Part shown: positions 46,556 to 56,273 of the stretch, piece by piece
Numbering within the stretch: position 1 is the first letter of the stretch
Layout: each line of letters starts with the position of its first letter
Source: an uncultured Actinomycetes bacterium
GTDB lineage: Bacteria; Actinomycetota; Actinomycetes; Nanopelagicales; Nanopelagicaceae
Length of the DNA stretch: 64,000 nucleotides
Direction of reading: 5' to 3'
NCBI GenBank assembly: GCA_903822425.1
Contig: CAIJOY010000011.1
Coordinates: 3,408-67,407 of the forward strand
The notes under the pieces: generated by a model
Databases searched by the model: none
Told to the model about the DNA's origin: nothing
Seen by the model: the letters and a program-made list of their open reading frames with translations, nothing else
Program-made: the position numbers and the translations under genes

Positions 46556-47842
46556 CTATATCCATGAGGGCAACCACATATGTGAATACCAAGAGTCATA
46601 AGTCATAACAGTGGCATTAAATAGGGGCAAGAAATAAAGAAAATTTGCAGCGATGAGAACAACAAAACTCACAATGATCCACTGCCGATTTCTGGACCGC
46701 GGTCTTTGACCTAAGAAGGCTTTTGCGCAATAAGTAAGAGCCAGTATTAAGAAAGGTTCAAAAACAATTGCGTAAAAAGAAAATACTGTGCGTTTTTGAA
46801 AGAAAAACCAGGGTAAGTATCCAGCCGCTATTCCCAGGAGAATAAGTCCGGCTCCTGCATCCGCTTTTCCTTTGGCAATACTTGAAATCCAGATCCCACA
46901 GACAGCGGCAATTGCTAATGTGCCGAGCCACCAGAGAAGTGGTGTTCCTAATGCTAAAACTTCTTGCGCGCACGAAGATGCTCCACAAGTCTTAGGCGAG
47001 GCATAGAAAAAAGAAGTGGGTCTACCCATCACCAGCCAACTCCATGGGTTGGCTTGATAAGAATGTTTTTTTACTAATCCCGTATGAAAGTTGAGCATCT
47101 CGGAGTGGTAGTACCAGAGAGAGCGAATTGAATTTGGAATAAATCCCCATGAAGTTGCATTCTCATTTGCCCAATTTCGATCCCACCCACGCGAACTAAG
47201 AAACCATCCACTCCAGCTAGAGATATATACCGCAAGTGGTAGAAAACCAAATTGACCAGTGCGCTTTAAAAAACTCTTGAAAGTAAATTCTTTTTTTGAG
47301 TAGTCGCGATAGAGAAGAAGCAAGGCAAATGCGATAAGAAAATAGACTCCACTCCATTTAGTGCCAATCGCAAGACCAAACCAAATTCCAGTCCACCAGA
47401 AGTGGCCCTTCATCCATGCAAGAACTGCTAGAAGAATAAAAAATGTCAGGAATGGGTCAAGTAATGCCGTACGCGAATGAACTAGGGCTAAACCATCTAG
47501 CGCCATCAAAAGTGCAGCTAAATTTGCATATCCCTGTGAGTGAAAAAGGCGACGAGCAATTTGCGCAACCAAAAGGATAGAAATAGAACCGACAACAGCA
47601 ACGCTGATTCTCCAACCAAATTCGTTATTGCCAAAAAGTTTGATGCCAATACCGATTAACCACTTACCGATGGGGGGATGGACGATAAATTCGGGCGAAG
47701 ACCCGTTGACTTCAACGCCGTACTTGAGTAAATCTCTTGCGTCATCAACGTAATAGACCTCATCGAAAACATATCCTCGAGGCGTGGAAAGATGCCAGAT
47801 TCGCAACCCAAAGGAAAGTATCGCGATCATCATTGCTCCCAT
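46556..47842 (-). CDS. pmt: Dolichyl/polyprenyl-phosphate-mannose protein O-mannosyltransferase (Pmt, GT39-like)
   Basis: 428 aa and polytopic. The catalytic loop-1 motif is YVFDEVYYV. The pmt-rsmI-metG synteny matches Rv1002c-Rv1003-Rv1007c. Confidence 0.8.
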   Translation of the reverse strand: MGAMMIAILSFGLRIWHLSTPRGYVFDEVYYVDDARDLLKYGVEVNGSSPEFIVHPPIGKWLIGIGIKLFGNNEFGWRISVAVVGSISILLVAQIARRLFHSQGYANLAALLMALDGLALVHSRTALLDPFLTFFILLAVLAWMKGHFWWTGIWFGLAIGTKWSGVYFLIAFALLLLYRDYSKKEFTFKSFLKRTGQFGFLPLAVYISSWSGWFLSSRGWDRNWANENATSWGFIPNSIRSLWYYHSEMLNFHTGLVKKHSYQANPWSWLVMGRPTSFFYASPKTCGASSCAQEVLALGTPLLWWLGTLAIAAVCGIWISSIAKGKADAGAGLILLGIAAGYLPWFFFQKRTVFSFYAIVFEPFLILALTYCAKAFLGQRPRSRNRQWIIVSFVVLIAANFLYFLPLFNATVMTYDSWYSHMWLPSWI

Positions 47843-47889
47843 GACGTTAGCCTAAGGCGAGCGGGATGAATTCCTGAGAGGATTGACCC

Positions 47890-48741
47890 ATGAGTTTAAT
47901 TCTTGCGGCGACGCCATTGGGCAATGCAGCAGATGCAAGCGCTCGACTCAAGAGCGCAATTGAGACGACCTCAATTGTGGCCGCGGAAGATTCGAGAAAG
48001 TTTCATCGCCTTTGCTCGGACATCGAAGTTGAATTTAAAGGGCGTGTGATTTCCTTCTTTGAAGGTAATGAGCAAGAACGCACCCCAGAGCTGCTGACAA
48101 TTTTGCGAAGTGGTGGCACAGTGCTTGTTGTTTCAGATGCGGGCATGCCAACGATTAGCGATCCTGGCTATCGGCTTATGCGTGATGCGATTGCTGAGAA
48201 TATTCCCGTTTCTGTAATTCCGGGCCCCAGTGCACCAACGATGGCACTTGCACTTTCTGGACTTCCAACCGATCGATTTACTTTTGAAGGTTTTTCCCCG
48301 CGAGCCGCAGGTGCCCGCCAGAAGTTTTTCGAAGAACTAAAATTCCAAGAGCGCACCGTAATTTGGTTTGAGGCACCGCATCGATTAGCCGATGCACTTT
48401 CCGATGCAGTGGCAATCATTGGTAGCCAACGCCAAGCTGCAATTTGTCGCGAAATGACAAAGCGCTACGAAGAGACCATTCGCGGCACATTAGGAGAACT
48501 TTTAATCTGGTCTCAAAGTCAGGAAGTTTTAGGCGAAATTACGATGGTGATGGCTGGTGCTCCCCAAGGAGAAGAAAGTCGATCAACTGCTGCAATCGTT
48601 GCTCGAGTCAATGAATTTGAAGCAGCGGGGATGGATCGAAAATCAGCGATTGCGACTGTGGCTGATGAGTTCTCTCTTGCTAAGCGTGTAGTTTTCGCGG
48701 CGGTCGTGGATGCGAAATCAACCTCTAAGATATCCACGTGA
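47890..48741 (+). CDS. rsmI: 16S rRNA (cytidine1402-2'-O)-methyltransferase
   Basis: 283 aa. It has tetrapyrrole-methylase-fold motifs: ATPLGN, VSDAGMPTISDPG and FEAPHR. Confidence 0.9.
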   Translation: MSLILAATPLGNAADASARLKSAIETTSIVAAEDSRKFHRLCSDIEVEFKGRVISFFEGNEQERTPELLTILRSGGTVLVVSDAGMPTISDPGYRLMRDAIAENIPVSVIPGPSAPTMALALSGLPTDRFTFEGFSPRAAGARQKFFEELKFQERTVIWFEAPHRLADALSDAVAIIGSQRQAAICREMTKRYEETIRGTLGELLIWSQSQEVLGEITMVMAGAPQGEESRSTAAIVARVNEFEAAGMDRKSAIATVADEFSLAKRVVFAAVVDAKSTSKIST

Positions 48742-50315
48742 GCCCAGCCAAAGAAAAAGCGTTCTACTTAACAACGCCTATCTACTATGTCAACGATGCA
48801 CCTCACATCGGGCATGCATATACGACAGTTGCTGGTGACGTACTTACACGTTGGCATCGTCAACGTGGAGAATCAGTGTGGTTTCTTACAGGGACCGATG
48901 AGCACGGACAAAAAGTCATGCGTACTGCAGCCCAAAACAACACTCCACCCCAAGATTGGGTTGATCGATTAGTGGAAACTGCTTGGAAACCCAATTGGCG
49001 CGCTCTGAATATTGCTAACGATGACTTCATTCGCACAACAGAAGTGCGTCATACCGAACGTGTTCAACGATTTTTGCAAGGTCTCAAAGACTCGGGGCAC
49101 ATTTACGCTGGTAAATATGAAGGCCCCTATTGTGTTGGTTGCGAAGAATTTAAACTCGATGGCGATCTGATTATTTCCAACGGCGAAAAACTTTGCCCAG
49201 TTCATAGCAAGCCTGTTGAGTTAGTCAATGAAAACAATTGGTTCTTCCGCCTATCTGAATTTGCCGCTCCATTGCTTGCTCGTTATCGGGAAAATCCAGA
49301 GGCATGTCAACCCGAGAGCGCACGAAATGAAGTCATCTCATTTCTAGAAGGAACAGTTCAAGATTTATCAATCTCGCGATCTACTTTTGATTGGGGCATT
49401 CCAGTTCCTTGGGATACCGACCAAGTTGTATATGTTTGGTTTGATGCGCTGCTCAATTACGCAACTGCTGTGGGCCTAGGCGATGAGCCAACCAGTGAAG
49501 GTGGCAAGAAATTTGCTCAGACTTGGCCTGCCGATGTGCATTTAGTTGGAAAAGATATTTTGCGTTTTCATGCAGTTATCTGGCCAGCAATGCTGATGGC
49601 AGCCGGACTGCCCGTGCCGAAGAAAGTCTTTGCACACGGCTGGCTTCTTGTTGGTGGAGAAAAAATGAGCAAGAGCAAACTCACTGGTATTGCTCCCAGC
49701 GAGATTACGGATCACTTCGGCGTTGATGCTTTTCGTTACTACTTCTTACGAGCAATTCCATTTGGAAGTGATGGATCTTTCTCCTGGGAAGACATGTCCG
49801 CGCGATATACCAGCGAGCTAGCAAATGATTTTGGAAACCTAGCATCACGTTTAGCTGCCATGGTTGAAAAGTATTGTGGGGGAGTTTTACCTTTGCCCAG
49901 CTCAGATGCTGAGTTGCAAACTGTGCTTTCCTCAACTGTCGAAAAGGCAGATGCATCCATGTGCGCTTTAGATTTTCAAGGCGGAATCAATGCGATTATG
50001 GATTTCTGCAAACGAGTCAACGGTTATGTCACCGAGAAAGAACCTTGGGTACTTGCCAAAGATCCTGGCAAGAAAGCAGAACTCGAAGGCGTTCTCTATA
50101 ACACGGCAGAATCGCTGCGCGCTTTGGCAGTATTACTCAATCCAGTAATGCCGCAAACGTGTGAAATTCTTTGGCAGTCTCTAGGCGCAAACGAATCTAT
50201 CGGTTCAATTAACGATCAATCCATTTCTAAAGTCGCTACATGGGGACAACTTCCGGCAGGTTCGATTATTCAAAAAAGTGCAGTGTTGTTTCCGCGGTTA
50301 GAAGCCAGCGAATAA
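48738..50315 (+). CDS. metG: Methionine--tRNA ligase
   Basis: The HIGH motif is PHIGHAYT and the KMSKS motif is EKMSKSKL. The GTG start overlaps the rsmI stop as GTGA. Confidence 0.95.
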   Translation: MSPAKEKAFYLTTPIYYVNDAPHIGHAYTTVAGDVLTRWHRQRGESVWFLTGTDEHGQKVMRTAAQNNTPPQDWVDRLVETAWKPNWRALNIANDDFIRTTEVRHTERVQRFLQGLKDSGHIYAGKYEGPYCVGCEEFKLDGDLIISNGEKLCPVHSKPVELVNENNWFFRLSEFAAPLLARYRENPEACQPESARNEVISFLEGTVQDLSISRSTFDWGIPVPWDTDQVVYVWFDALLNYATAVGLGDEPTSEGGKKFAQTWPADVHLVGKDILRFHAVIWPAMLMAAGLPVPKKVFAHGWLLVGGEKMSKSKLTGIAPSEITDHFGVDAFRYYFLRAIPFGSDGSFSWEDMSARYTSELANDFGNLASRLAAMVEKYCGGVLPLPSSDAELQTVLSSTVEKADASMCALDFQGGINAIMDFCKRVNGYVTEKEPWVLAKDPGKKAELEGVLYNTAESLRALAVLLNPVMPQTCEILWQSLGANESIGSINDQSISKVATWGQLPAGSIIQKSAVLFPRLEASE

Positions 50316-50320
50316 CTTCG

Positions 50321-51178
50321 ATGGCAGATCGCCACAATCGAGAACTTGATCGTCCGCTGGCACCATTGCCACGACCTCTGCCCGTTGCAACAGTTGATTC
50401 ACATGCTCATCTAGAAATAGTTACTGATGCTGCACCAGATTCGCTAGAAGTGGGAGAAGTTTTAGCCCAAGCCAAGTCAGTAGGAATCAACCGTGTTGTG
50501 CAGGTGGGTTATTCGGCAGAACAATCGCAATGGTGTGTTGATGCTGCACAACATTGGGTGGGATCAGTCTTAGCTGCAGTTGCACTTCATCCCAACGAAG
50601 CTCCTGTTGTGAAGGATCTGGCTTACGATTTTTCAATTATCGAAAAGCTGGCTCAGCATCCACGAGTCAGAGCCATTGGCGAAACGGGTTTGGATTATTT
50701 TCGGACTGAACCTGAGTTACGAAATATTCAGCAAGAATCCTTTAAGTGGCATATTCAATTAGCTAAAAAGACGAACAAGGCGCTGGTTATCCATGACCGA
50801 GATTCACATGCAGATGTCCTTTCCATTCTTCTTGAAGTAGGCGCACCGGAAAAAACCGTTTTTCATTGTTTTTCTGGAGATGTTGAAATGGCAAAGACCT
50901 GCATTGACCGTGGGTACGTGCTTTCATTTGCCGGAACTCTGACATTTAAGAACGCTCCGCAATTGCGAGAAGCAGTGAAATTAGTGCCTCATGAACAATT
51001 ATTAGTTGAAACGGATTCTCCATTTCTCGCTCCGATGCCCAATCGCGGATCTCACAATTCACCAGCTCACATCGCCACTATTGTGCGAGCGATGGCCGAT
51101 GAACGCAATGAAGATTTAGGTGAATTAGCAAGTGCGCTGAGCGTAAATGCTGAACGAATTTTTGGATCTTTTGCCTAA
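50321..51178 (+). CDS. tatD: TatD-family metal-dependent hydrolase
   Basis: It has DSHAHL, IGETGLDY, VIHDRD, HCFSG and ETDSPFL motifs. I place the start at ATG 50321, just after the metG stop. Confidence 0.87.
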   Translation: MADRHNRELDRPLAPLPRPLPVATVDSHAHLEIVTDAAPDSLEVGEVLAQAKSVGINRVVQVGYSAEQSQWCVDAAQHWVGSVLAAVALHPNEAPVVKDLAYDFSIIEKLAQHPRVRAIGETGLDYFRTEPELRNIQQESFKWHIQLAKKTNKALVIHDRDSHADVLSILLEVGAPEKTVFHCFSGDVEMAKTCIDRGYVLSFAGTLTFKNAPQLREAVKLVPHEQLLVETDSPFLAPMPNRGSHNSPAHIATIVRAMADERNEDLGELASALSVNAERIFGSFA

Positions 51179-52032
51179 TGACGACACTTTTAGGTGCAAC
51201 TGAGATACGCGCTCTTGCTGCAGCGATGGATCTCAAACCAGCCAAAGCATTAGGACAAAACTTTGTCATCGATGCAAATATCTGCCGCAAAATTGTTCGA
51301 CTTGCTGATGTTAGATCTAGCGACATTGCCCTTGAGATAGGACCCGGATTAGGATCCCTCACGCTGGCATTACTCGATGAAGCAGCACACGTTATTGCCG
51401 TGGAAATTGATTCACGTTTAGCTTCCCAGCTGCCCGTGACTATTGCTTCACATTCAGATAAGAAATCAAACCTTACGGTCATCCAAGCAGATGCACTCGG
51501 TATCAATGAGTTACCTATGCAACCCAATGTTTTAGTGGCAAATCTTCCTTATAACGTTTCAGTGCCCGTCTTATTGCATTACTTGGAAACTTTTCCTACT
51601 TTGCGTTCGGGTGTAGTGATGGTCCAAGCAGAAGTAGCAGATCGGCTTGTCGCCCAACCTGGTAAGAAAGATTACGGAATTCCCAGCGTTAAAGCCGCAT
51701 GGTGGGCACAGATGTCACACGTTGGCGGAGTGTCACGATCAGTTTTTTGGCCGGCACCCAATGTGGATTCCAAATTAGTCGGCTTCACTCGTCGTGATAC
51801 ACCTGGCGATGAAGCGCTGCGTTTAGAAGTTTTTGCTGCAATTGATGGCGCATTTGCCCAACGTCGAAAAATGTTGCGCTCGGCGCTCAAAGATTGGTTG
51901 GGCAGTTCAGCGATTGCTGAATCGGTTCTGGTTAAAGCGGGCATCGACCCCACTCTTCGCGGGGAAGCGCTAAAAATTGAACACTTTTGTGCCATTGCAA
52001 TTGCAAAACGAGAATTAGGAATAGGGTCATAA
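51178..52032 (+). CDS. rsmA: 16S rRNA (adenine1518/1519-N6)-dimethyltransferase
   Basis: It has LGQNFV, the SAM motif EIGPGLGSLT and NLPYNVS. The ATG overlaps the tatD stop as TAATG. Confidence 0.92.
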   Translation: MTTLLGATEIRALAAAMDLKPAKALGQNFVIDANICRKIVRLADVRSSDIALEIGPGLGSLTLALLDEAAHVIAVEIDSRLASQLPVTIASHSDKKSNLTVIQADALGINELPMQPNVLVANLPYNVSVPVLLHYLETFPTLRSGVVMVQAEVADRLVAQPGKKDYGIPSVKAAWWAQMSHVGGVSRSVFWPAPNVDSKLVGFTRRDTPGDEALRLEVFAAIDGAFAQRRKMLRSALKDWLGSSAIAESVLVKAGIDPTLRGEALKIEHFCAIAIAKRELGIGS

Positions 52033-52033
52033 C

Positions 52034-52963
52034 ATGACAGGAATTGATGCACGAAGTGTTGTTGTGCGTGTTCCCGCGAAAGTGAATTTGCAATTATCAG
52101 TTGGACCGAAAGAGGAAGATGGATTCCACGGAGTGGTCACAATTTTTCAAGCCATTTCACTCTTTGATGATGTCACGGTTTCCGTAGCGCAAGTTGGCTC
52201 TGGTATTAACGTTTCGGTGGCAGGAGATCATGTTCAAGGCGTACCAAGTGATGCCACAAATCTTGCAGCAAAAGCAGCTTTGCTAATGTGTGATATTTAT
52301 GAAATTGAGCCCGATCTTTCTATTCAAATAAAGAAGTCAATCCCCGTGGCTGGGGGAATGGCAGGTGGAAGTGCTGATGCAGCAGCGACAATTGTTGCGA
52401 TAGATGCTCTGTTTTCACTAGGTCTTTCTCGTGAAGAGATGCATGAGGTTGCTGGAAAAATTGGTAGCGATGTGCCATTTATGTTAACTGGTGGTACTGC
52501 AGTTGGAATTGGGCGTGGAGATAAAGTCACATCGGCCCTTTCTCGGGGAAATTATTATTGGGTTCTGGCTTTATCTAGTAGTGGGCTTTCAACTCCAGCA
52601 GTTTATGGTGAGTGTGATCGATTACGTGCTGGAATGGAAGTCGCACAACCTCGGGCTAACGATCAAATTCTGCAATCTCTGCTCTCTGCCGATGCTGTTT
52701 CCCTTGGGAAAGAGTTAACTAATGATTTGCAGGCAGCAGCTTGTTCGTTACGTCCAGCACTTCGATTAATTTTGGATGTGGGAAGTGAATATGGAGCACT
52801 TGGATCAATCGTTTCCGGATCAGGTCCTACAGTGGCATTTCTTGTTTCTGACGAAGAACACGCTTTGGATTTAGCTGTTGCTTTGACTTCAAGCGGAGTT
52901 GTTGGAAGCGTTACTCGAGCTAGCGGTCCAGTACACGGCGCAAAAGTTATAGAAGTTTCTTAA
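52034..52963 (+). CDS. ispE: 4-(cytidine 5'-diphospho)-2-C-methyl-D-erythritol kinase
   Basis: It has PAKVNL and the GHMP kinase motif IPVAGGMAGGSADAAA. Confidence 0.92.
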   Translation: MTGIDARSVVVRVPAKVNLQLSVGPKEEDGFHGVVTIFQAISLFDDVTVSVAQVGSGINVSVAGDHVQGVPSDATNLAAKAALLMCDIYEIEPDLSIQIKKSIPVAGGMAGGSADAAATIVAIDALFSLGLSREEMHEVAGKIGSDVPFMLTGGTAVGIGRGDKVTSALSRGNYYWVLALSSSGLSTPAVYGECDRLRAGMEVAQPRANDQILQSLLSADAVSLGKELTNDLQAAACSLRPALRLILDVGSEYGALGSIVSGSGPTVAFLVSDEEHALDLAVALTSSGVVGSVTRASGPVHGAKVIEVS

Positions 52964-53448
52964 TCCTGTTCGTCAAAGGGCGCAGCAAGTTCGCTCAGCA
53001 CTGCAGCTAATTGCGCACGTTCTGCTTTGCTCAGTGATTTGAGAAATTCACGTTCACGGGTAAGCAAATCTTCCATCGCAGCATCTACCGCGCGCATTCC
53101 ACTTTTTGTGAGCTTGACCAAACTCCCTCGTCCATCATTGGGATCAGCTTTACGAGTAATTAATCCAAGTTCTTCTAATCGATCAAGGCGATTTGTCATG
53201 GTTCCACTAGTGACCATTGTTTCTTGCATGAGTTGACCCGGGGAGAGTTGGTAGGGATCTCCCGCTCGACGAAGTGCAGCCAAAACATCAAATCCCCATG
53301 TATCAAGGTCTGCAAATGCATTTCTGCGTGCAATATCTAGATGGCGGGCAATTCGAGTAATGCGGCTGAGGACTTCAAGGGGGGAGAAATCCAGATCTGG
53401 GCGCTCGCGTTTCCACGCAGCCACGAGGCGATCGACTTCATCACGCAT
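52960..53448 (-). CDS. MarR-family transcriptional regulator
   Basis: 162 aa. The winged-HTH core is SPGQLMQETMVTSGTMTNRLDRLEELGLITRKADPNDGR. Confidence 0.87.
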   Translation of the reverse strand: MRDEVDRLVAAWKRERPDLDFSPLEVLSRITRIARHLDIARRNAFADLDTWGFDVLAALRRAGDPYQLSPGQLMQETMVTSGTMTNRLDRLEELGLITRKADPNDGRGSLVKLTKSGMRAVDAAMEDLLTREREFLKSLSKAERAQLAAVLSELAAPFDEQD

Positions 53449-53536
53449 AGCGGGCTCGAATTCTTGCGAGAAAGATTCTCATAGGAGCTAACGGTAGTGG
53501 TCAAAAGTACCCCTGCCGATACGGGAGAATACGGGT

Positions 53537-53608
53537 TCCGCCATTGTGTAGTGGCTAGCACATGGGCCTTTGAAGCCCAGGGTCCAGGATCGATACCTGG
53601 TGGCGGAG
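53537..53608 (+). tRNA. tRNA-Gln (anticodon TTG)
   Basis: The acceptor is TCCGCCA/TGGCGGA (U1:A72). The anticodon stem-loop is TGGGC-CTTTGAA-GCCCA and the T-arm is CCAGG-ATCGATA-CCTGG. The discriminator is G. Confidence 0.9.
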
Positions 53609-53695
53609 CAACTTGATTGCGAAGCTCGAAGTATTGGCGGAGCAATTAGGCTATGACGGGTAAGGATCCATTAGCGATAGCGGTGGGAGCACGAC

Positions 53696-55138
53696 TTGAA
53701 CAATGTGAACCGGCTTGATTGCGTAATCGTCCTAGCGGCCGGTGAAGGCACGCGCATGAAATCTTCAACGCCTAAAGTTTTACATTCCATTGCAGGTCGC
53801 ACGCTTCTGGGACACGTTCTTACAGCAGTACATGAATTATCACCAAAAGAGATTCGCGTTGTTGTTGGATCTGGTCGTGAAAAAGTGGAAGAACACCTTG
53901 CCAGCGTTTCACCAAAAGCGATTACGGTTTTTCAAGAGCACCGCGGTGGAACCGGACACGCAGCCCAATTAGCCCTCGCCGATCTTGGAAAAACAGGAAC
54001 TGTCTTAATTCTTGCAGGAGACACTCCGCTACTTTCGAGCAGCTCACTCACACAATTGATCGCAGCCCATAATGAAGGTGGCGTCGCTGCAACTGTGTTA
54101 ACCGCAGAACTACCAGACCCAACAGGTTATGGTCGAATCATTCGCAGCGATAACGGAGACCTGCTTCGCATAGTAGAAGATCGAGATGCCAGCGAAACTG
54201 AGCTCCAGATAGAAGAAATTAACTCAGGCGTTTATGTCTTTGACTTAGCTAAGTTGCAACTATCCATTGGCAAACTCATCAATAGCAACGCCCAAGGCGA
54301 ACTTTATTTAACTGATGTGATTGAACTACTTCGCAAAAATGGGGATCGAGTGCTTCCTGTTATCACTCCTGATTCAGTTGAAATCCTTGGGGTAAATGAT
54401 CGGGTGCAACTAGCAGAATGTGCAGCGTTAATGCGCGATCAAATAAATGATCAGTTAATGCGTGAAGGTGTCACAATGATTGACCCAACAACTACATGGA
54501 TTGATGCAACCGTGAAGATTGCTCCCGATGCTCTCATTTATCCGGGGACAGCTTTATCTGGCTCAACAACTATTGGCAAAGGAGCGGTAATTGGGCCTCG
54601 CTCGACATTGATTGACTGCACAGTTGCTGAAGGCGCCAGTGTCCTTGAGTCATATTGCACCGGCGCAACGGTGGGACCACACGCAAAAGTCGGACCTTTT
54701 ACTTTCTTGCGTGCTCATTCGGTTTTACTTTCTGGCAGCAAGGTTGGCGCGTATGTGGAGATGAAAAATTCCACCGTTGGAGAAGGTTCCAAAGTTCCAC
54801 ACCTTTCCTACGTTGGCGATGCCACTATTGGCGAAGGAACAAATATCGGGGCCGGCACAATATTTGCCAATTACGATGGAGAAAAGAAGTACCCAACACA
54901 GGTGGGTAACCACGTCCGCCTTGGTAGCAACACAGTGCTTGTGGCTCCGGTGAGCGTTGGAGATGGCGCGTACACCGCAGCAAGTTCCACGATCACCGAA
55001 GACGTGCCAGCCGGTGCGATCGGAGTTGGCCGATCTAAGCAAAGAAATGTCTTAGGGTGGGTACTAAGAAAACGTCCTGGAAGTAAATCAGCAGATGCCG
55101 CCCAATCCAGTGCCGAGAAAGGAAAACCAACTTCATGA
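53696..55138 (+). CDS. glmU: Bifunctional UDP-N-acetylglucosamine diphosphorylase / glucosamine-1-phosphate N-acetyltransferase
   Basis: It has LAAGEGTRMKS at the N-terminus and left-handed beta-helix hexapeptide repeats in the C-terminal half. TTG start. Confidence 0.93.
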   Translation: MNNVNRLDCVIVLAAGEGTRMKSSTPKVLHSIAGRTLLGHVLTAVHELSPKEIRVVVGSGREKVEEHLASVSPKAITVFQEHRGGTGHAAQLALADLGKTGTVLILAGDTPLLSSSSLTQLIAAHNEGGVAATVLTAELPDPTGYGRIIRSDNGDLLRIVEDRDASETELQIEEINSGVYVFDLAKLQLSIGKLINSNAQGELYLTDVIELLRKNGDRVLPVITPDSVEILGVNDRVQLAECAALMRDQINDQLMREGVTMIDPTTTWIDATVKIAPDALIYPGTALSGSTTIGKGAVIGPRSTLIDCTVAEGASVLESYCTGATVGPHAKVGPFTFLRAHSVLLSGSKVGAYVEMKNSTVGEGSKVPHLSYVGDATIGEGTNIGAGTIFANYDGEKKYPTQVGNHVRLGSNTVLVAPVSVGDGAYTAASSTITEDVPAGAIGVGRSKQRNVLGWVLRKRPGSKSADAAQSSAEKGKPTS

Positions 55139-56115
55139 GCGAACTTAAACTCGCCTCCGAAAAGCGTTTGCGAATTTTTAGTGGTCGCGCTTTCCCCGAG
55201 TTAGCAGAACAAGTCGCAGCAGAATTGGGTATTCCTTTAACGCCAACATCGGCATATGACTTTGCTAATGGTGAGATTTTCGTTCGCTTTGAAGAAAGTG
55301 TTCGTGGAAGTGATGCATTCGTAATTCAAAGCCATGCCAGCCCAGTCAATAAGCACATCATGGAACAGTTGATCATGGTCGATGCGCTCAAGCGTGCATC
55401 TGCAAAAAGAATTACCGTTGTCGCTCCCTTTTATGGTTACGCCCGCCAAGATAAGAAGCATCGCGGACGCGAACCAATTACTGCTCGCTTGATGGCAGAT
55501 CTTTTTAAGACTGCCGGCGCCGATCGCTTAATGGTCGTTGACCTGCATACTTCTCAAATTCAAGGATTCTTTGATGGTCCAGTGGATCATCTCTTTGCGC
55601 TACCGCTACTTGCTAACTATGTAGGGTCAAAAGTTGATCGCTCACGTTTAACAATCGTCTCTCCAGATTCTGGTCGCGTACGCGTAGCTGAACGTTGGTC
55701 TGATCTCCTAGGTGGCACGCCTATCGCTTTCATTCATAAAACTCGTGATCCACGCATCCCTAATGAATCTGTAACTGGACGAGTCGTTGGTGATGTGCAA
55801 GGCCAAACATGCGTTGTTATTGATGACATGATCGATACCGCTGGCACGATTACAAAAGCTGTAGATGCGCTCTTTGCCGATGGGGCAAAGGAAGTAATAA
55901 TCGCCGCAACACATGCAGTTCTTTCCGGACCTGCGGTTGAGCGACTCAAGAATTCAGGTGCCAGCGAAGTTGTTATTACAGATACCTTGCCAATCCCTGA
56001 AGATTGCCGTTTCGATGGTCTGACTGTTCTGCCGATCGCACCTCTTTTGGCGCGGGCAATCCGAGAAGTGTTTGAAGACGGCTCAGTCACCAGCCTCTTT
56101 GATGGCATGAGCTAG
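55135..56115 (+). CDS. prs: Ribose-phosphate diphosphokinase
   Basis: It has YARQDKK and the PRPP-binding loop VIDDMIDTAGT. It overlaps glmU as ATGA. Confidence 0.95.
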   Translation: MSELKLASEKRLRIFSGRAFPELAEQVAAELGIPLTPTSAYDFANGEIFVRFEESVRGSDAFVIQSHASPVNKHIMEQLIMVDALKRASAKRITVVAPFYGYARQDKKHRGREPITARLMADLFKTAGADRLMVVDLHTSQIQGFFDGPVDHLFALPLLANYVGSKVDRSRLTIVSPDSGRVRVAERWSDLLGGTPIAFIHKTRDPRIPNESVTGRVVGDVQGQTCVVIDDMIDTAGTITKAVDALFADGAKEVIIAATHAVLSGPAVERLKNSGASEVVITDTLPIPEDCRFDGLTVLPIAPLLARAIREVFEDGSVTSLFDGMS

Positions 56116-56273
56116 AGCGGATTTGCTCTAAAGCTCCTTGGTTAGATAACCTTTCGCCAGTTCCGGCGAGGGTAAGCACACCGTAATCGACGGCTTGTGA
56201 AGGTCGACGATTTAAATGTGCGCTCTTGTTGAAACCAACGTGTTCAATCCGAAGGTTCTAGAGGAGATTAAAA

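Noticed and set aside
53449-53536. Short inverted repeats (GAGAA-AGA-TTCTC and CTCG..CGAG) upstream of marR as its operator.
   Set aside because: They are only 4-5 bp arms, which is well within chance expectation. They are not reported as a feature.
53337-53645. 102-aa minus-strand ORF spanning the marR upstream region.
   Set aside because: It runs straight through the tRNA-Gln gene (53537-53608) and has no recognisable protein features.
56116-56273. The 158-nt gap upstream of rplY as a possible riboswitch or ribosomal-protein leader.
   Set aside because: Only short hairpins are visible: TAGAGC-GGATTT-GCTCTA overlapping the prs stop, and TCGCC-AGTTCC-GGCGA. I recognise no known riboswitch or leader consensus. 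This cannot be decided without a covariance-model scan.
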